Shown here: piece by piece, positions 38,423 to 49,153 of the stretch
How positions within the stretch are numbered: the stretch's first letter is position 1
Layout of the letters: each line of letters starts with the position of its first letter
Assembly: GCA_963697205.1 (NCBI GenBank)
Contig: CAVONB010000009.1
Location: forward strand, 25,833-89,832
Direction of reading: 5' to 3'
DNA from: an uncultured Alphaproteobacteria bacterium
GTDB lineage: Bacteria > Pseudomonadota > Alphaproteobacteria > Rhizobiales > Hyphomicrobiaceae
DNA: 64,000 bases
The notes under the pieces: generated by a model
What the model was told of the DNA's origin: nothing
Database searches by the model: none
Seen by the model: the letters and a program-made list of their open reading frames with translations, nothing else
Made by a program: the position numbers and the translations under genes

Positions 38423-40204
38423 ATGCATTCATTTACTGCAGCGTCGAACCTGTCTCAGATCGTTCGCACCCTCGCGGCAGCCGGCATCCTTGTCATCGCA
38501 GCAACCCCGTCAGATGCGCAGTCCTTCAAAATCGAGAAGGGCACGACCTACCCCGGCGGGACCTACAAGCGGTTTGCGCCGGGCAGCGGAGCACTCGCGG
38601 CGTGCGAGAAGGCGTGCGCATCGGATGTCAAGTGCATCGCGTTCACCTACGATCGGCCGGACAAGAAAATCCCCCAGGGCCAGTGCTCGCTCAAATCGCA
38701 GATCGTGCAACGGCGGCCGGCCGAATGCTGCACGTCGGGCCTCAAGCAAGCGGCCTCGCGACCCGATCAACGCGGTAAGCATCCGGGCTTCCCCGTCGGC
38801 GACGCCCTTCCTCGCGGCGCCCTGGCCGGCAAGATTGCAACCGGCGTGCCCGCCTCGGCGTCGCGGGACCCCATGTTCGTCCGCGGCATCGAGGCACCGT
38901 TCGCCAAAGCCATGCTGCACCTGCCCGGCGCGCGAACCGCGCGGGAGGTGCACTATCAGCTCGTCGACGGCGTCGCCGTCATGGAAGGCGACATCGTGCT
39001 CGGCCGGCCGCAAGACTTCGCCCGCCGTTTCAAACCGCCGCAGCCGCCTCTCGTCGTGCAGCCGCTACCGCCGCGTCAGGGCGACATCGGCGGTCGCAGC
39101 GATCCGCTCGTGGCCACCAACCGCCTCGAGTTTTTGTGGGGGGGAGGTGTCATCCCCTACACGATCGATCGCGCCTTCTCGGCTTCGGAGACGGCGAGCA
39201 TCGTCAGCGCCATCACGACGCTGAACGGTTACGGCACCCCCGTGCAGCTGCGCCCGCGGAACGGCGAGCGCGACTTCATTCGCTTGAAGAAGGTGACGAA
39301 CAAACCCTATTGCGGCATGTCTCCGCTCGGACGTCAGGGCGGACCGCAGGACATCGAGATCGACCAGTCGTGCGTAGGCACTCCCGGGGTCATTATGCAC
39401 GAGATCCTGCACTCGGCAGGCGTCTACCACGAGCACACGCGTGCCGATCGGGACCGCTTCATTCAGATCAACTGGTCGAACATCGAGCGGAGGTTCCGGC
39501 CGCAGTTTCTGGGATCGGGCGAAACGATGGACATCGGGCCCTATGATTTCAACTCTGTGATGCATTACGGTGGGTTTGCCTTTGCGAAGCAGGACGGCAA
39601 CGGCAACGCTCTGCCCACGATCGTGCGCCGGGACGGCCAGCCGGTCATCGCAAACCGCGCTGGGCTCAGCGCCAGCGACATCGCGGCCCTTCGCCTGCTT
39701 TATGCGAACCCCGGCGATGCTCCACTGCCGGTCAACCAGACACGCCTCCTGTCCGTGACGATCGAAGGCCTGCTCGCCCGATCGACAGACAGCTGCAACG
39801 GGAAGATGGATTTCTACGCCATCGTCGAGGTCGGCGCGGGCTGGACATGGCGGGTGAACGAGAGTGGTCCCCGCAGTCGGCGCAAGTTCCCGGTCGTGCA
39901 GGGCAACAACATCCGGCCCAACTGGACGTTGTCGGGGAACGTGCCAGCCCTCATAGACAACGCCAAGGTCACGATACGCGTCATGGACAACGACGACCTT
40001 GTTTGTGGCGGCGACGATGACGTCGTCGACGTCAATCCCGACACCAACCGCACCCACCTCGAGTTGCTCGTCAATACGGTCACAGGTCAAGTCTGGCGCG
40101 ACAGCCCGGACCATCCGGTCGGTTGGCTCGGCGACAGTTTCCTCTTCGCCGGCTCGCACGGCCGCGAGAACGCCGCCATTCTCGTGCGCCTCGGCTTGCG
40201 CTGA
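38423..40204 (+). CDS. Secreted astacin-family (M12A) zinc metallopeptidase with N-terminal PAN/Apple-like domain
   Basis: Signal peptide. Cys-rich CEKACASDVKCIAFTY...QGQCSLKS. Zinc motif HEILHSAGVYHEHTRADRD and Met-turn SVMHY. Confidence 0.85.
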   Translation: MHSFTAASNLSQIVRTLAAAGILVIAATPSDAQSFKIEKGTTYPGGTYKRFAPGSGALAACEKACASDVKCIAFTYDRPDKKIPQGQCSLKSQIVQRRPAECCTSGLKQAASRPDQRGKHPGFPVGDALPRGALAGKIATGVPASASRDPMFVRGIEAPFAKAMLHLPGARTAREVHYQLVDGVAVMEGDIVLGRPQDFARRFKPPQPPLVVQPLPPRQGDIGGRSDPLVATNRLEFLWGGGVIPYTIDRAFSASETASIVSAITTLNGYGTPVQLRPRNGERDFIRLKKVTNKPYCGMSPLGRQGGPQDIEIDQSCVGTPGVIMHEILHSAGVYHEHTRADRDRFIQINWSNIERRFRPQFLGSGETMDIGPYDFNSVMHYGGFAFAKQDGNGNALPTIVRRDGQPVIANRAGLSASDIAALRLLYANPGDAPLPVNQTRLLSVTIEGLLARSTDSCNGKMDFYAIVEVGAGWTWRVNESGPRSRRKFPVVQGNNIRPNWTLSGNVPALIDNAKVTIRVMDNDDLVCGGDDDVVDVNPDTNRTHLELLVNTVTGQVWRDSPDHPVGWLGDSFLFAGSHGRENAAILVRLGLR

Positions 40205-40298
40205 GCGCACGTGGGCCGCGCGATCGGCGCTTCAGAGCCACATACTGATGAAATGGCATGGCTCGCACGATGGGCATGATGCTTGGAGACGAGAGTCC

Positions 40299-41054
40299 AT
40301 GATCGGTGTTTCCAGACCTTTTGCCCTGTGCCTAGCCCTCGTCGGACTGACAATTGCCGCGGAACCGGCCTGGAGTCAAAACTCGCTGAGTGTCGACTGC
40401 CCTTGTTTGAAAGAGCGATTGGAGTTTCGTTTTCAGCCGCCACCGGGTTGGACAAAGAGCTTTGATTCCATATCCCCCAGTTGTGGAACGGCAGAGATTC
40501 TGGACAGGCCGAGCTATTATGGTCGATTGCAGTGCACGTATTTACCGCAAATCTTTGTTCAACATCGCATTCCTGCAGATTTCCCAAATTGCACGGTCAA
40601 TACGTCCGGGAAGGCGGGATTCACCTGCACGAACAACCTGCCGACGGTCCTTGCAGAGTTCTCGTTCGAGGTGCGGCCCAGTTATATGTTCAAGCGAGGA
40701 AACATACGGGACCTGCGCGGAAGCCTCAAAGAGGGCTGGCCCAGTGGTCAGCCGCTCTTTTGGAACAACGCCATCTCAAACACGCAGCAGAACCTGGAGT
40801 CGCCTCCAGATCGGAATAATCGGCTTGCGGTTTTCGGACCTAGCGAGCCGACTACCGCGCAATGCCTTCAAGCCCTGCAGGCGCGAGGCGCAAACAGGGT
40901 CTCGTTCAGGGCCTTGCAGCCGGGGCGCTGGGTTTGTCTGCAGGAAATATCATGGACCGTTTTCCTCATCCGCGTCGATCGTCTGGACGGGGCCGGCGAA
41001 CGTCCAAAAACCATCGTTGGATTTGCAAAGGCTACCCGGGCGTCAAGTCGATAG
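40299..41054 (+). CDS. Secreted hypothetical protein
   Basis: ATG 40299. Signal peptide MIGVSRPFALCLALVGLTIAAEPAWS. Locally reduced GC. No family recognised. Confidence 0.6.
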   Translation: MIGVSRPFALCLALVGLTIAAEPAWSQNSLSVDCPCLKERLEFRFQPPPGWTKSFDSISPSCGTAEILDRPSYYGRLQCTYLPQIFVQHRIPADFPNCTVNTSGKAGFTCTNNLPTVLAEFSFEVRPSYMFKRGNIRDLRGSLKEGWPSGQPLFWNNAISNTQQNLESPPDRNNRLAVFGPSEPTTAQCLQALQARGANRVSFRALQPGRWVCLQEISWTVFLIRVDRLDGAGERPKTIVGFAKATRASSR

Positions 41055-41348
41055 GGCACTGGCCAGCCAGCAGGATCGCGAGGGGCCGGGCTTTCCATTG
41101 TTCTGCGGAGGTGCGCCTCCTTCGTGCGGTCAACAGCGCAAGAGGGTCGGACATTGTCGGGATGCCTGACTGCTGAGGCTGAGACCAATCGAAAGGACTT
41201 CGATCTGGCGAAGTTACAGACACGTGCTGATGACAAATGCGCTGGTCCGTCGATACCTTTCGCAATATGGACTTCCATAGATTGACAGGTCAAATCTTTG
41301 AAGATGGAATTGAATAGACATTTTCAGTCTACTGGGGGAGTTGCCTCG

Positions 41349-41942
41349 ATGTTCATGCGTTCTTTGATCGTAGCCGCCATGACCGTTGTCGCTATCGACT
41401 GCAATACACAGGCCCAAGCCGCGAATTGCTCCGGCGCCGTCGGCAAGGTGACGGCGGTGAGCACGGACCGCATGGTGCGGCCGAGCGCGAACTACGCTGG
41501 CGACCGGCGGCTCGCACCCGTGCTCAGCGCCAGGGTCGTGCTCGACAAGCCGGTCACCTGCGTTGTCGTGCACGTCAGTGCATATATCCAACCGGCGGAC
41601 AATCACGCAGCCTTTCAGGTGACGATCGATGGCGCGCCGATGGCGGGGCATGCTGCGACGTTTCCGGGAACGAATTACAACATCCCGGCAGTATCAGAGC
41701 CTGTTCACAATCTGCCCAAATGGGTGTGGCGCTTGGCACCGGAAGTGAAGCCGCGGCCGCCAGCCTATCCCGCGCGTGAGAGCTTCCACGATGTGCCGCG
41801 CACGGTTGGATATATGTTCTTTCAAACGGTCAGCGGTCAAAAGACAGCCGTCATCCAGCTATCGATCGCGGACTGCTGCTCGCCGCGTCAAGGGGGCGGC
41901 AACACGCTGGTTCATGCGGCAACTCTCACCGTGTTTCACTGA
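41349..41942 (+). CDS. Secreted hypothetical protein
   Basis: ATG 41349 after GGGGGAG. Signal peptide MFMRSLIVAAMTVVAIDCNTQAQA. No family recognised. Confidence 0.55.
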   Translation: MFMRSLIVAAMTVVAIDCNTQAQAANCSGAVGKVTAVSTDRMVRPSANYAGDRRLAPVLSARVVLDKPVTCVVVHVSAYIQPADNHAAFQVTIDGAPMAGHAATFPGTNYNIPAVSEPVHNLPKWVWRLAPEVKPRPPAYPARESFHDVPRTVGYMFFQTVSGQKTAVIQLSIADCCSPRQGGGNTLVHAATLTVFH

Positions 41943-42253
41943 AGCGCTGCATCAAGGCGGGCCCTCCCGCGGCGCTGCTGCAATCGTTCGGGGGCACCGG
42001 GCGTGGGGAGGGCGCAGCGATCTTCTGCGCCGTCTTGGCGATGTCCGCCTTTGAGGCGATGTCGCCCAGGCCGTTGAAGCCAAATGTGATTGACCGGCAG
42101 AAGCCCTGCGCAGGTGCAGCTGGGCCCCGGGCGACTGGACTTCATATGGGGAGTGTCGGATAAGGCGGCCGTGTCGGATGGCGTCCCGCAGCCTCGGGTG
42201 CGGTTTGCCCGTCCCCAGTCCGCCCGCCCCCTTCATCATCCCAGAGTAGCCCC

Positions 42254-43522
42254 GTGACCGACCTTTCCCGCCGCGCGCTCAACATCGCCGATTTGCGCCT
42301 AATGGCGAAGCGACGCCTCACCAAGGCACTGTTCGACTTCTGCGACCGCGGCAGCGAGGAAGAAGTTATGACGCGGGCCAACCGCGCCATTCTCGATGCG
42401 ATCAAGCTGCTGCCGCGCCAACTCGTCGACACGACGCAGCGCACGCCGGCCACCACCCTGTTCGGCAAGCCGCATGCCCTGCCGCTGGTCATCGGACCGA
42501 CTGGCATCGCCGGCTGGACCTGGTACCGCGCCGAGATTGCCATGGCGCGCGCGGCTGGGGCGGCCAACATCCCGTTCACGCTGGCCAGCAGCTCCAACAC
42601 GCCGATGGAGCGCGTCAGGTCCGAGGGCGGCGGCACGCAGTGGTTCCACCTTTATGTCTGGCGCGATGTCGAAGCGGCGATGGTCACGGTCGACCGGGCG
42701 CGCGATGCCGGCTTCGATGCGCTGGTTGTGACGGTGGATTCGCCGACCTACAACAATCGCGAGATCGACATCCGAAATGGTGCGACGCTACCGCCGCGCA
42801 TCACGCCGAAGAGCGTCGTCGACAGCTTGCGTCACCCCCGCTGGCTGTTCGGCACGATGTTGCCCTACCTGCTCGCCGAGCGCGGTATGCCCGGCTGGCC
42901 GAACATCCACATCCCCGAAGGGCAGTCGAACGCCGGATACGGATCGGGGCAGATCGACAGCTTCATGACGCGCAATGCTTCGCTCACCTGGGACTGGCTG
43001 AAGCGGATTCGCGACCGCTGGCCGGGCACGCTGCTCGTCAAGGGCATCCTGCATCCTGATGACGCCGTCCTGACCGCTGATTGCGGTGCCAACGGCATCT
43101 TCGTTTCCAACCATGCCGGCAATGTGCTCGACGGTGCCGCGCTGTCGATGGAGATGCTGCCGCATGTCCGCGCCGCCGTCGGCGACCGGCTGACGATCAT
43201 CGTCGACAGCGGATTCCGGCGCGGTTCCGACGTGCTCAAGGGTCTGGCACTGGGTGCGGACGCCGTCGCCATTGGCCGCGCCTCGCTCTATGGCGTGGGG
43301 GCCGCCGGCGAGGCCGGCGTCGCCCGCGCGCTTGAGATCTTCCGCTCGGAGATCACCCGCACGATGGGCAATCTGGGCGTCAGCCGGATCAGCGACATCA
43401 CCCGCGACCACGTCCTGCTGCCGGGCGAGACGCCCCGCTATCGTACTGCTGCAGGAAGCGGAGGTCGGCGTCTCGGCGGTCCTTCGGATTGGCGACAGGC
43501 CGATCGCGCAGATCGTGCCTGA
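42254..43522 (+). CDS. FMN-dependent alpha-hydroxy acid dehydrogenase/oxidase (L-lactate/mandelate dehydrogenase family)
   Basis: GTG start. IADLRLMAKRRL, LVVTVDSP, SNHAGN, VDSGFRRGSDVLKGLALGA. Confidence 0.85.
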   Translation: MTDLSRRALNIADLRLMAKRRLTKALFDFCDRGSEEEVMTRANRAILDAIKLLPRQLVDTTQRTPATTLFGKPHALPLVIGPTGIAGWTWYRAEIAMARAAGAANIPFTLASSSNTPMERVRSEGGGTQWFHLYVWRDVEAAMVTVDRARDAGFDALVVTVDSPTYNNREIDIRNGATLPPRITPKSVVDSLRHPRWLFGTMLPYLLAERGMPGWPNIHIPEGQSNAGYGSGQIDSFMTRNASLTWDWLKRIRDRWPGTLLVKGILHPDDAVLTADCGANGIFVSNHAGNVLDGAALSMEMLPHVRAAVGDRLTIIVDSGFRRGSDVLKGLALGADAVAIGRASLYGVGAAGEAGVARALEIFRSEITRTMGNLGVSRISDITRDHVLLPGETPRYRTAAGSGGRRLGGPSDWRQADRADRA

Positions 43523-43613
43523 GTAAGGTCCCGGCTACTCGCAACTCAACCGCTCTCGTTATCAGCCGGCGGCTCGTCGGCTCCGGCCGTCCCACGCAGC
43601 GGTGACGCTCTGC

Positions 43614-44225
43614 TCAAAAGCCGCTATCTCGAACGAGAACCATCAGCACGCGCCGCCAGACCCGGGCGAGCAGGCTCTCGCGATCGGCTTCGACTAGCAG
43701 GACACCGTATTCGAGATGTTGTGCGGCGTCGCTGCCGCTGACAGTGCCGACGTCTCTGCATGCGCGTGATAATGCCGTGCGACCGGCACCGCTTGCCGCT
43801 TGTTGTTGAGGGTCGTCGGGATCGTGCCGCCGAAGCTCTCCGAAAGCGGCAACTGATCGATCAAGGCGACGTTGGCGCCGGAAGTTGAATCCCGCCCCGA
43901 TGGAAGTGACCGTGGCGCTGATGCGCGACCGCATCAGATCGGACGGAATGAACCACGCTTCCATGCCAGGTCGGACGCGGCCCCGGACGTCGGCATCGAC
44001 CAGCCCTCGGACCCGTCGCGTGCCAGCGCCATGCATCACGACAAGCGGCTCGGATGTCGTCACCCAGCGGACGGAAACCGCATACGCGGGCGGACTGTCC
44101 ACGACGCCGTCAATGGGCGCCGCAACGGTCAACTCCGACGCCACAAGGTAGGGCGTCGGCCCAGTTGCACCGCCTGTCGGGGAAAAGTCCGCCAATCCGC
44201 CCCGCCCTTCAGCCGCCTCCACCAA
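43614..44225 (-). pseudogene. HlyD-family type I secretion adaptor remnant (C-terminal part only, degenerate)
   Basis: LTVAAPIDGVV ... VRPGMEA ... LVEADRESLLARVW resemble the barrel and C-terminal blocks of T1SS membrane fusion proteins. No N-terminal TM or coiled-coil part upstream. Confidence 0.45.
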
Positions 44226-44598
44226 AAGGGTGATGCGCGAGGGTGCGCCCCGCCTTTAGATGGTCATCGGCACAAGAGGCACAGCAATCTGGAAGATAAG
44301 TATATCCCCTGATTGTCGAATTTCGAGGCCGAGTGGTTTGATCAAGCAGTTCGACAAATTGTGCCGAACAGTGCGCGTTTTTAGGAAGTGCGGGAGAGTT
44401 CGATGACGAAGAGCCAAAACGCCTCGGCCGCAACGGCCGCGCCTCACACATGCCCACGGCATTGGCCAGCAGTTCCAGCCGTGAGCGCGCCGCCCGGTGC
44501 GCTTTGCGCAGCCTAGGCTCAACAATTTTCAGACATCGACGCGGCGGCGCCTCCAGCGCTCGCTGAGAGAGCATTTCTCCATTTTCAGGAACAAAGCC

Positions 44599-47500
44599 AT
44601 GGCATCCCCAACCGATATCCTCGTCTCCGGCGGCATCGTGCGCGAGCGCGAGATCAACGGCGTCGTCATCGCGACTCTGGCGACGGTCGACGCCGATCCG
44701 GGTGACACCTTCACGTACGCGATCACCAACGATCCGTCGGGCGCCTTCACGATCGTGGGCGACGAGATCCGCGTGCTCGATGGAACCGCGATCGACTACG
44801 AGACCGCCGATAGCATGCAGGTGACCGTCGAGGTGACGGATTCCCAATTCAACACGTTCTCCAAGATCGTCACGATCTCGGTCCTGAACCTCAACGAAAT
44901 CGACGGTGATGGAAATCCGAACACCATTCCCGGCACGGTGGGCGACGACGTTATCGATGGTCTGGCGGGCAACGATTCGATCACGGGCGATGCCGGCTCC
45001 GACATCCTCTACGGCGGCGCGGGGCTCGACACGCTGCGCGGCGGCTTCGGCGATGATTACCTCGACGGCGGCACGGAGAACGATCAGCTCTACGGTGACA
45101 CGGGCGCGGATACGCTGATCGGCGGCGACGGCAACGACCGGCTTGAAGCGCGGGGCGCGGGCAGCTCGCTCGACGGCGGCGAGGGCAACGATCAGCTCTA
45201 CAATTTTGCCACCTCCGGGACCGCGACCCTGGTAGGCGGCGGGGGCAATGACACGCTCCGGGCGTCGACCTCCAACTCGGCAATCAACGAGACCCTCTCC
45301 GGCGGCGCCGACGACGACCGGATTGAATATGTCGGTCTTTATTCCAGCGACACCGTCGATGCCGGGACCGGGAATGACACGGTGCTGTTATACGGATACA
45401 CGAACAGCGGACAGGTCAGCACGCTGACCCTCGGCGACGGCCAGGACACCATTGGCTTCTTTGCGTCCAACCCTCAGCTCAATGTCCAGCACGCCACGGT
45501 CACCGACTTCGCGACGGGCGCGGGCGGCGACCGGCTCGACCTCACATTCATCCTGAGCAACCTCACCGGCTACGGCGGCACCAACCCGTTCGGCTCGGGC
45601 TTCCTGCAACTCGTCGCGGATGGCGTCGACACGCTGCTGCAGGTCGACGCCAACGGCGCGACGGGTGGCTCCAGCTGGACGACGCTGTTCCGCTTCCAGA
45701 ACACCGCCCCTGGCGATTTCACTGCCGACAACTTCACGCCCGCATGGCCGACCGACGGCAGCGCGCCGGCTGGACAGAACATCGTCGGCACGCCCGGCAA
45801 CGACCAGGGTCTGACGCAGATCGTCGGCACGCTCGGCGACGACACCATCGATGGCCTGGGCGGCAACGATTCGATCACGGGTGACGCCGGCTCCGACACC
45901 ATTTACGGCGGTGCGGGTCTCGACACGCTGCGCGGCGGCTTCGGCGACGATTACCTCGACGGCGGCACGGAGAACGATCAGCTCTACGGTGACACAGGCA
46001 CGGATACGCTGATCGGCGGCGACGGCAACGACCGGCTTGAAGCGCGGGGCGCGGGCAGCTCGCTCGACGGTGGTGAGGGCAACGATCAGCTCTACAATTT
46101 TGCCACCTCCGGGACCGCGACCCTGGTAGGCGGCGGGGGCAATGACACGCTCCGGGCGTCGACCTCCAACTCGGCAATCAACGAGACCCTCTCCGGCGGC
46201 GCCGACGACGACCGGATTGAATATGTCGGTTTTTATTCCAGCGACACCGTCGATGCCGGGACCGGGAATGACACGGTGCTGTTGTACAGCTTCACGAACA
46301 GCGGACAGGTCAGCACGCTGACCCTCGGCGACGGCCAGGACACCATTGGCTTCTTTGCGTCCAACCCTCAGCTCAATGTCCAGCACGCCACGGTCACCGA
46401 CTTCGCGACGGGCGCGGGCGGCGACCGGCTCGACATCACATTTATCCTGAGCAACCTGACCGGCTACGGCGGCACCAATCCGTTCGGCTCGGGCTTCCTG
46501 CAACTGGTCGCGGATGGCGTCGACACGCTGTTGCAGGTCGATGCCAACGGCGCGACGGGCGGCTCCACCTGGACGACGCTGTTCCGCTTCCAGAACACCG
46601 ACCCCGGCGATTTCACTGCCGACAACTTCACGCCCGCATGGCCGACCGACGGCGACTCGTCACGGGCGGCGGCAACATCGATTCGCTCGCCGGCGATTCC
46701 GGTAACGACGGCTATTACCTTCGACGGAAGCGCCAGCGCGCCGGCTGGACGAGAACATCGTCGGCACGCCCGGCAACGACCAGGGTCTGACGCAGATCGT
46801 CGGCACGCTCGGCGACGACACCATCGATGGCCTGGGCGGCAACGATTCGATCACGGGTGACGCCGGCTCCGACACCATTTACGGCGGTGCGGGTCTCGAC
46901 ACGCTGCGCGGCAACGACGGAAACGACACCCTGACCGGCGGACCGGGTGTCGACGAACAGCACGGCGAGGCCGGCGACGACGTCTTCATCGTCACCGCAG
47001 CTGATCTTGCGCCCGGCGAGATCATCGACGGGGGCGCGGACATCGACACCCTGCGCATCGAGGGTGGCGGCACCGTCGACCTCACCACCGGCATCACGCT
47101 GACGAGCATTGAGCAGATCGAACTTGCAGGTCCAGGCAACACGACCGCCTTAGTCACCGCCGCCCAGGCCGCGCTGATCACCAGTGCGGCCGGCGCCAAC
47201 GACATCGTCCAGATCGCGAGCGGCAGCCCCAATGAGGCACTGGTGAAGCAGCTGATCGACGCCGGCGTCGAACGCGTCGAATGGTCGATCCCGGGATTCG
47301 CGTCCGCAGTGGAGGCCGTGCCCGACGGTCTCGGTGGCTTCATCATCTCCTACGACGACGGCGACGACCTGAAGCCCTGGGATACGATCGACGCCCAATA
47401 CGACAGCTTCGGCCGCAAGGTCTCGCAGACCAACGACTACGACTTCCCGGGGCCCGAGGGCGGCATCACATCGAACTACACCTTCGATCCCGCGACGGGG

Positions 47501-48139
47501 TTCGCGACGACGATCGTCCATACCGACGGCCATTTGACCCGCACGTTCTCCACCATCACGACGACGCTGGAGAACGGCGTCGTCACCGAGGTCGATACGG
47601 TCAACGACAACGACACGCTCGTGGAGCAGTTCTTCACGGCCGGGGTCATCACATTGGAGCGCACGACCGACACCTCGAGCGCCAACGCCGGCAAGCCCTG
47701 GCTCTACCAGGACCGCGAGTATGACGGCGGCGTGACGCAGATCTTCCGCACGTTCTGGGACGCAGGCGTCAACGGCGGCGGCCAGCACGTCGTTGGCACG
47801 GCCGGATCGCAGGTGATCGAGGGCGTTGCGCTCGGCGGCGGCGTGTCGACCACCAACGACGCCCTGATCGGCGGCGCCGGCTCAGATACGTTCCGCTTCG
47901 TCGACGGCTTCGGCCACGACACCATCTACGACTTCGCCGACGGCGCCGATCTGTTGGACCTCAGCTCATACGCGGCCGGCATCGAAACGCTGGCCGAGCT
48001 GCAGAACGCTGCGAGCATCACCCAGGTGGCGTTCGGGGCGGGATTCAACACCGTGATCGATTTCAATGCTTCGGACGACCAGATCACCATCCGCAACTTC
48101 CTCATCGCCCAGCTCGGCGACGGCGACTTCGCGGTCTAG
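44599..48139 (+). pseudogene. Large cadherin-domain / RTX (hemolysin-type calcium-binding repeat) protein, reading frame broken near 46751 (pseudogene or repeat mis-assembly)
   Basis: ATG 44599. Cadherin-like N-terminus, many GGxGxDxL nonapeptides. The frame changes after an 81-nt insertion (46654-46734) and one extra G (46751). The next frame stays open to 48139, whose C-terminus has T1SS-substrate character. Confidence 0.75.
44950..46915. repeat. Tandem 894-bp (298-codon) intragenic duplication: two near-identical copies plus the start of a third
   Basis: atttacggcggtgcgggtctcgacacgctgcgcggc recurs at 45901 and 46877 (894 + 82 nt apart), with a slightly diverged copy about 894 nt upstream. 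The two full translated copies differ at only a handful of residues. Confidence 0.85.
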
Positions 48140-48445
48140 CGGTCGGACGGGCGCGTGCGCCTCGACCATCCGCTGGCACGACCGCGCTGCACACCCGAAG
48201 TGTGTGCGTAGAGCCCGCGTGCCCGGCCTTCGTGAACAGCCTTGTCGGTCAATCCTTCCGGCAACCACCGCGCGGGCACGATTAGCGCGCTCATCCATCC
48301 CCTGATCCCGACCATGACCTCATGCCGGAGCCCAGTCCTGGGCCTCGGCCCATCTCCTGTCAGGCGAGCTTTTCAGTATTGTCCGCGCCCGAGATTTGCT
48401 GCAATAAGTGATTGATAACTCAAACGCAGGCATATGCCGTAAAAA

Positions 48446-49153
48446 ATGCACAACTTAACGGATTCATTCAGCGTGGCCCTGGGGTTGGTCCTCTCCGGCA
48501 ACGCTGAGCTGCTTGAAATCATTACGTTGTCGCTGCGCGTCAGCCTGACGGCGATGGTTATTGCTTGCGCCATCGGCTTCCCACTGGGCGCGGGCCTGGC
48601 TGTGGCGCGCTTTCGCGGTCGAAACGCAGCGTTGATCGTCCTTAATGCCCTGATGGGCTTGCCGCCCGTGGTCGTCGGCCTGCTCGTCTACATCCATTTG
48701 TCGCGGTCCGGCCCGTTTGGCTGGCTGGGGCTCCTTTACACGCCGACCGCTATGATCATCGCGCAGGTGATCCTGATCACGCCCATCGTCGCGGCACTGT
48801 CGCGGCAGGTGCTGGAGGATCTGAACACTGAGTACGCCGAACTCTTTCGCTCGCTCTCCGTTTCGACGCGCACCGCCGTCGGTGCCCTGATCTGGGATGC
48901 GCGCTATTCCCTGCTGACCGTCGCGCTCGCAGGCTTCGGCCGTGCGGTGGCCGAGGTCGGCGCCGTCATCATCGTCGGCGGCAACATCGATCATCTGACA
49001 CGCGTCATGACGACGGCGATCGCGCTGGAGACCTCGAAAGGCGATCTGGCGCTGGCGCTGGCACTCGGCATCGTGCTTCTGAGCATCGCGCTTGCGATCA
49101 ACGCGCTGGTCATGGGGCTGCGCTTGTCCGCGCAGCGGACCGCTTATGCTTGA
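48446..49153 (+). CDS. tupB: Tungstate-type ABC transporter permease
   Basis: 235 aa, about 6 TM. Context with a TupA-like binding protein. Typical MHNLTDSFSVALGLV...AELLEI N-terminus. Confidence 0.75.
   Translation: MHNLTDSFSVALGLVLSGNAELLEIITLSLRVSLTAMVIACAIGFPLGAGLAVARFRGRNAALIVLNALMGLPPVVVGLLVYIHLSRSGPFGWLGLLYTPTAMIIAQVILITPIVAALSRQVLEDLNTEYAELFRSLSVSTRTAVGALIWDARYSLLTVALAGFGRAVAEVGAVIIVGGNIDHLTRVMTTAIALETSKGDLALALALGIVLLSIALAINALVMGLRLSAQRTAYA

Noticed and set aside
39999-40298. 5' extension of the 40299-41054 ORF, overlapping the end of the astacin gene.
   Set aside because: The extension is Ser/Thr/Ala/Arg-rich and overlaps a supported gene. A signal peptide begins exactly at the internal ATG 40299.
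44900-46950. Periodic repeats that might suggest a CRISPR array or minisatellite.
   Set aside because: The period is 894 bp and the units are fully coding (RTX/beta-roll units) within one ORF. There is no short repeat-spacer structure anywhere in the window.
48300-48445. Possible Moco/Tuco riboswitch or other leader RNA upstream of tupB.
   Set aside because: I could not recognise the conserved Moco-motif helices or loops by eye. I saw only a short GCCCAG..CTGGGC palindrome and an AT-rich stretch. A covariance-model scan (Rfam RF01055) would be needed.
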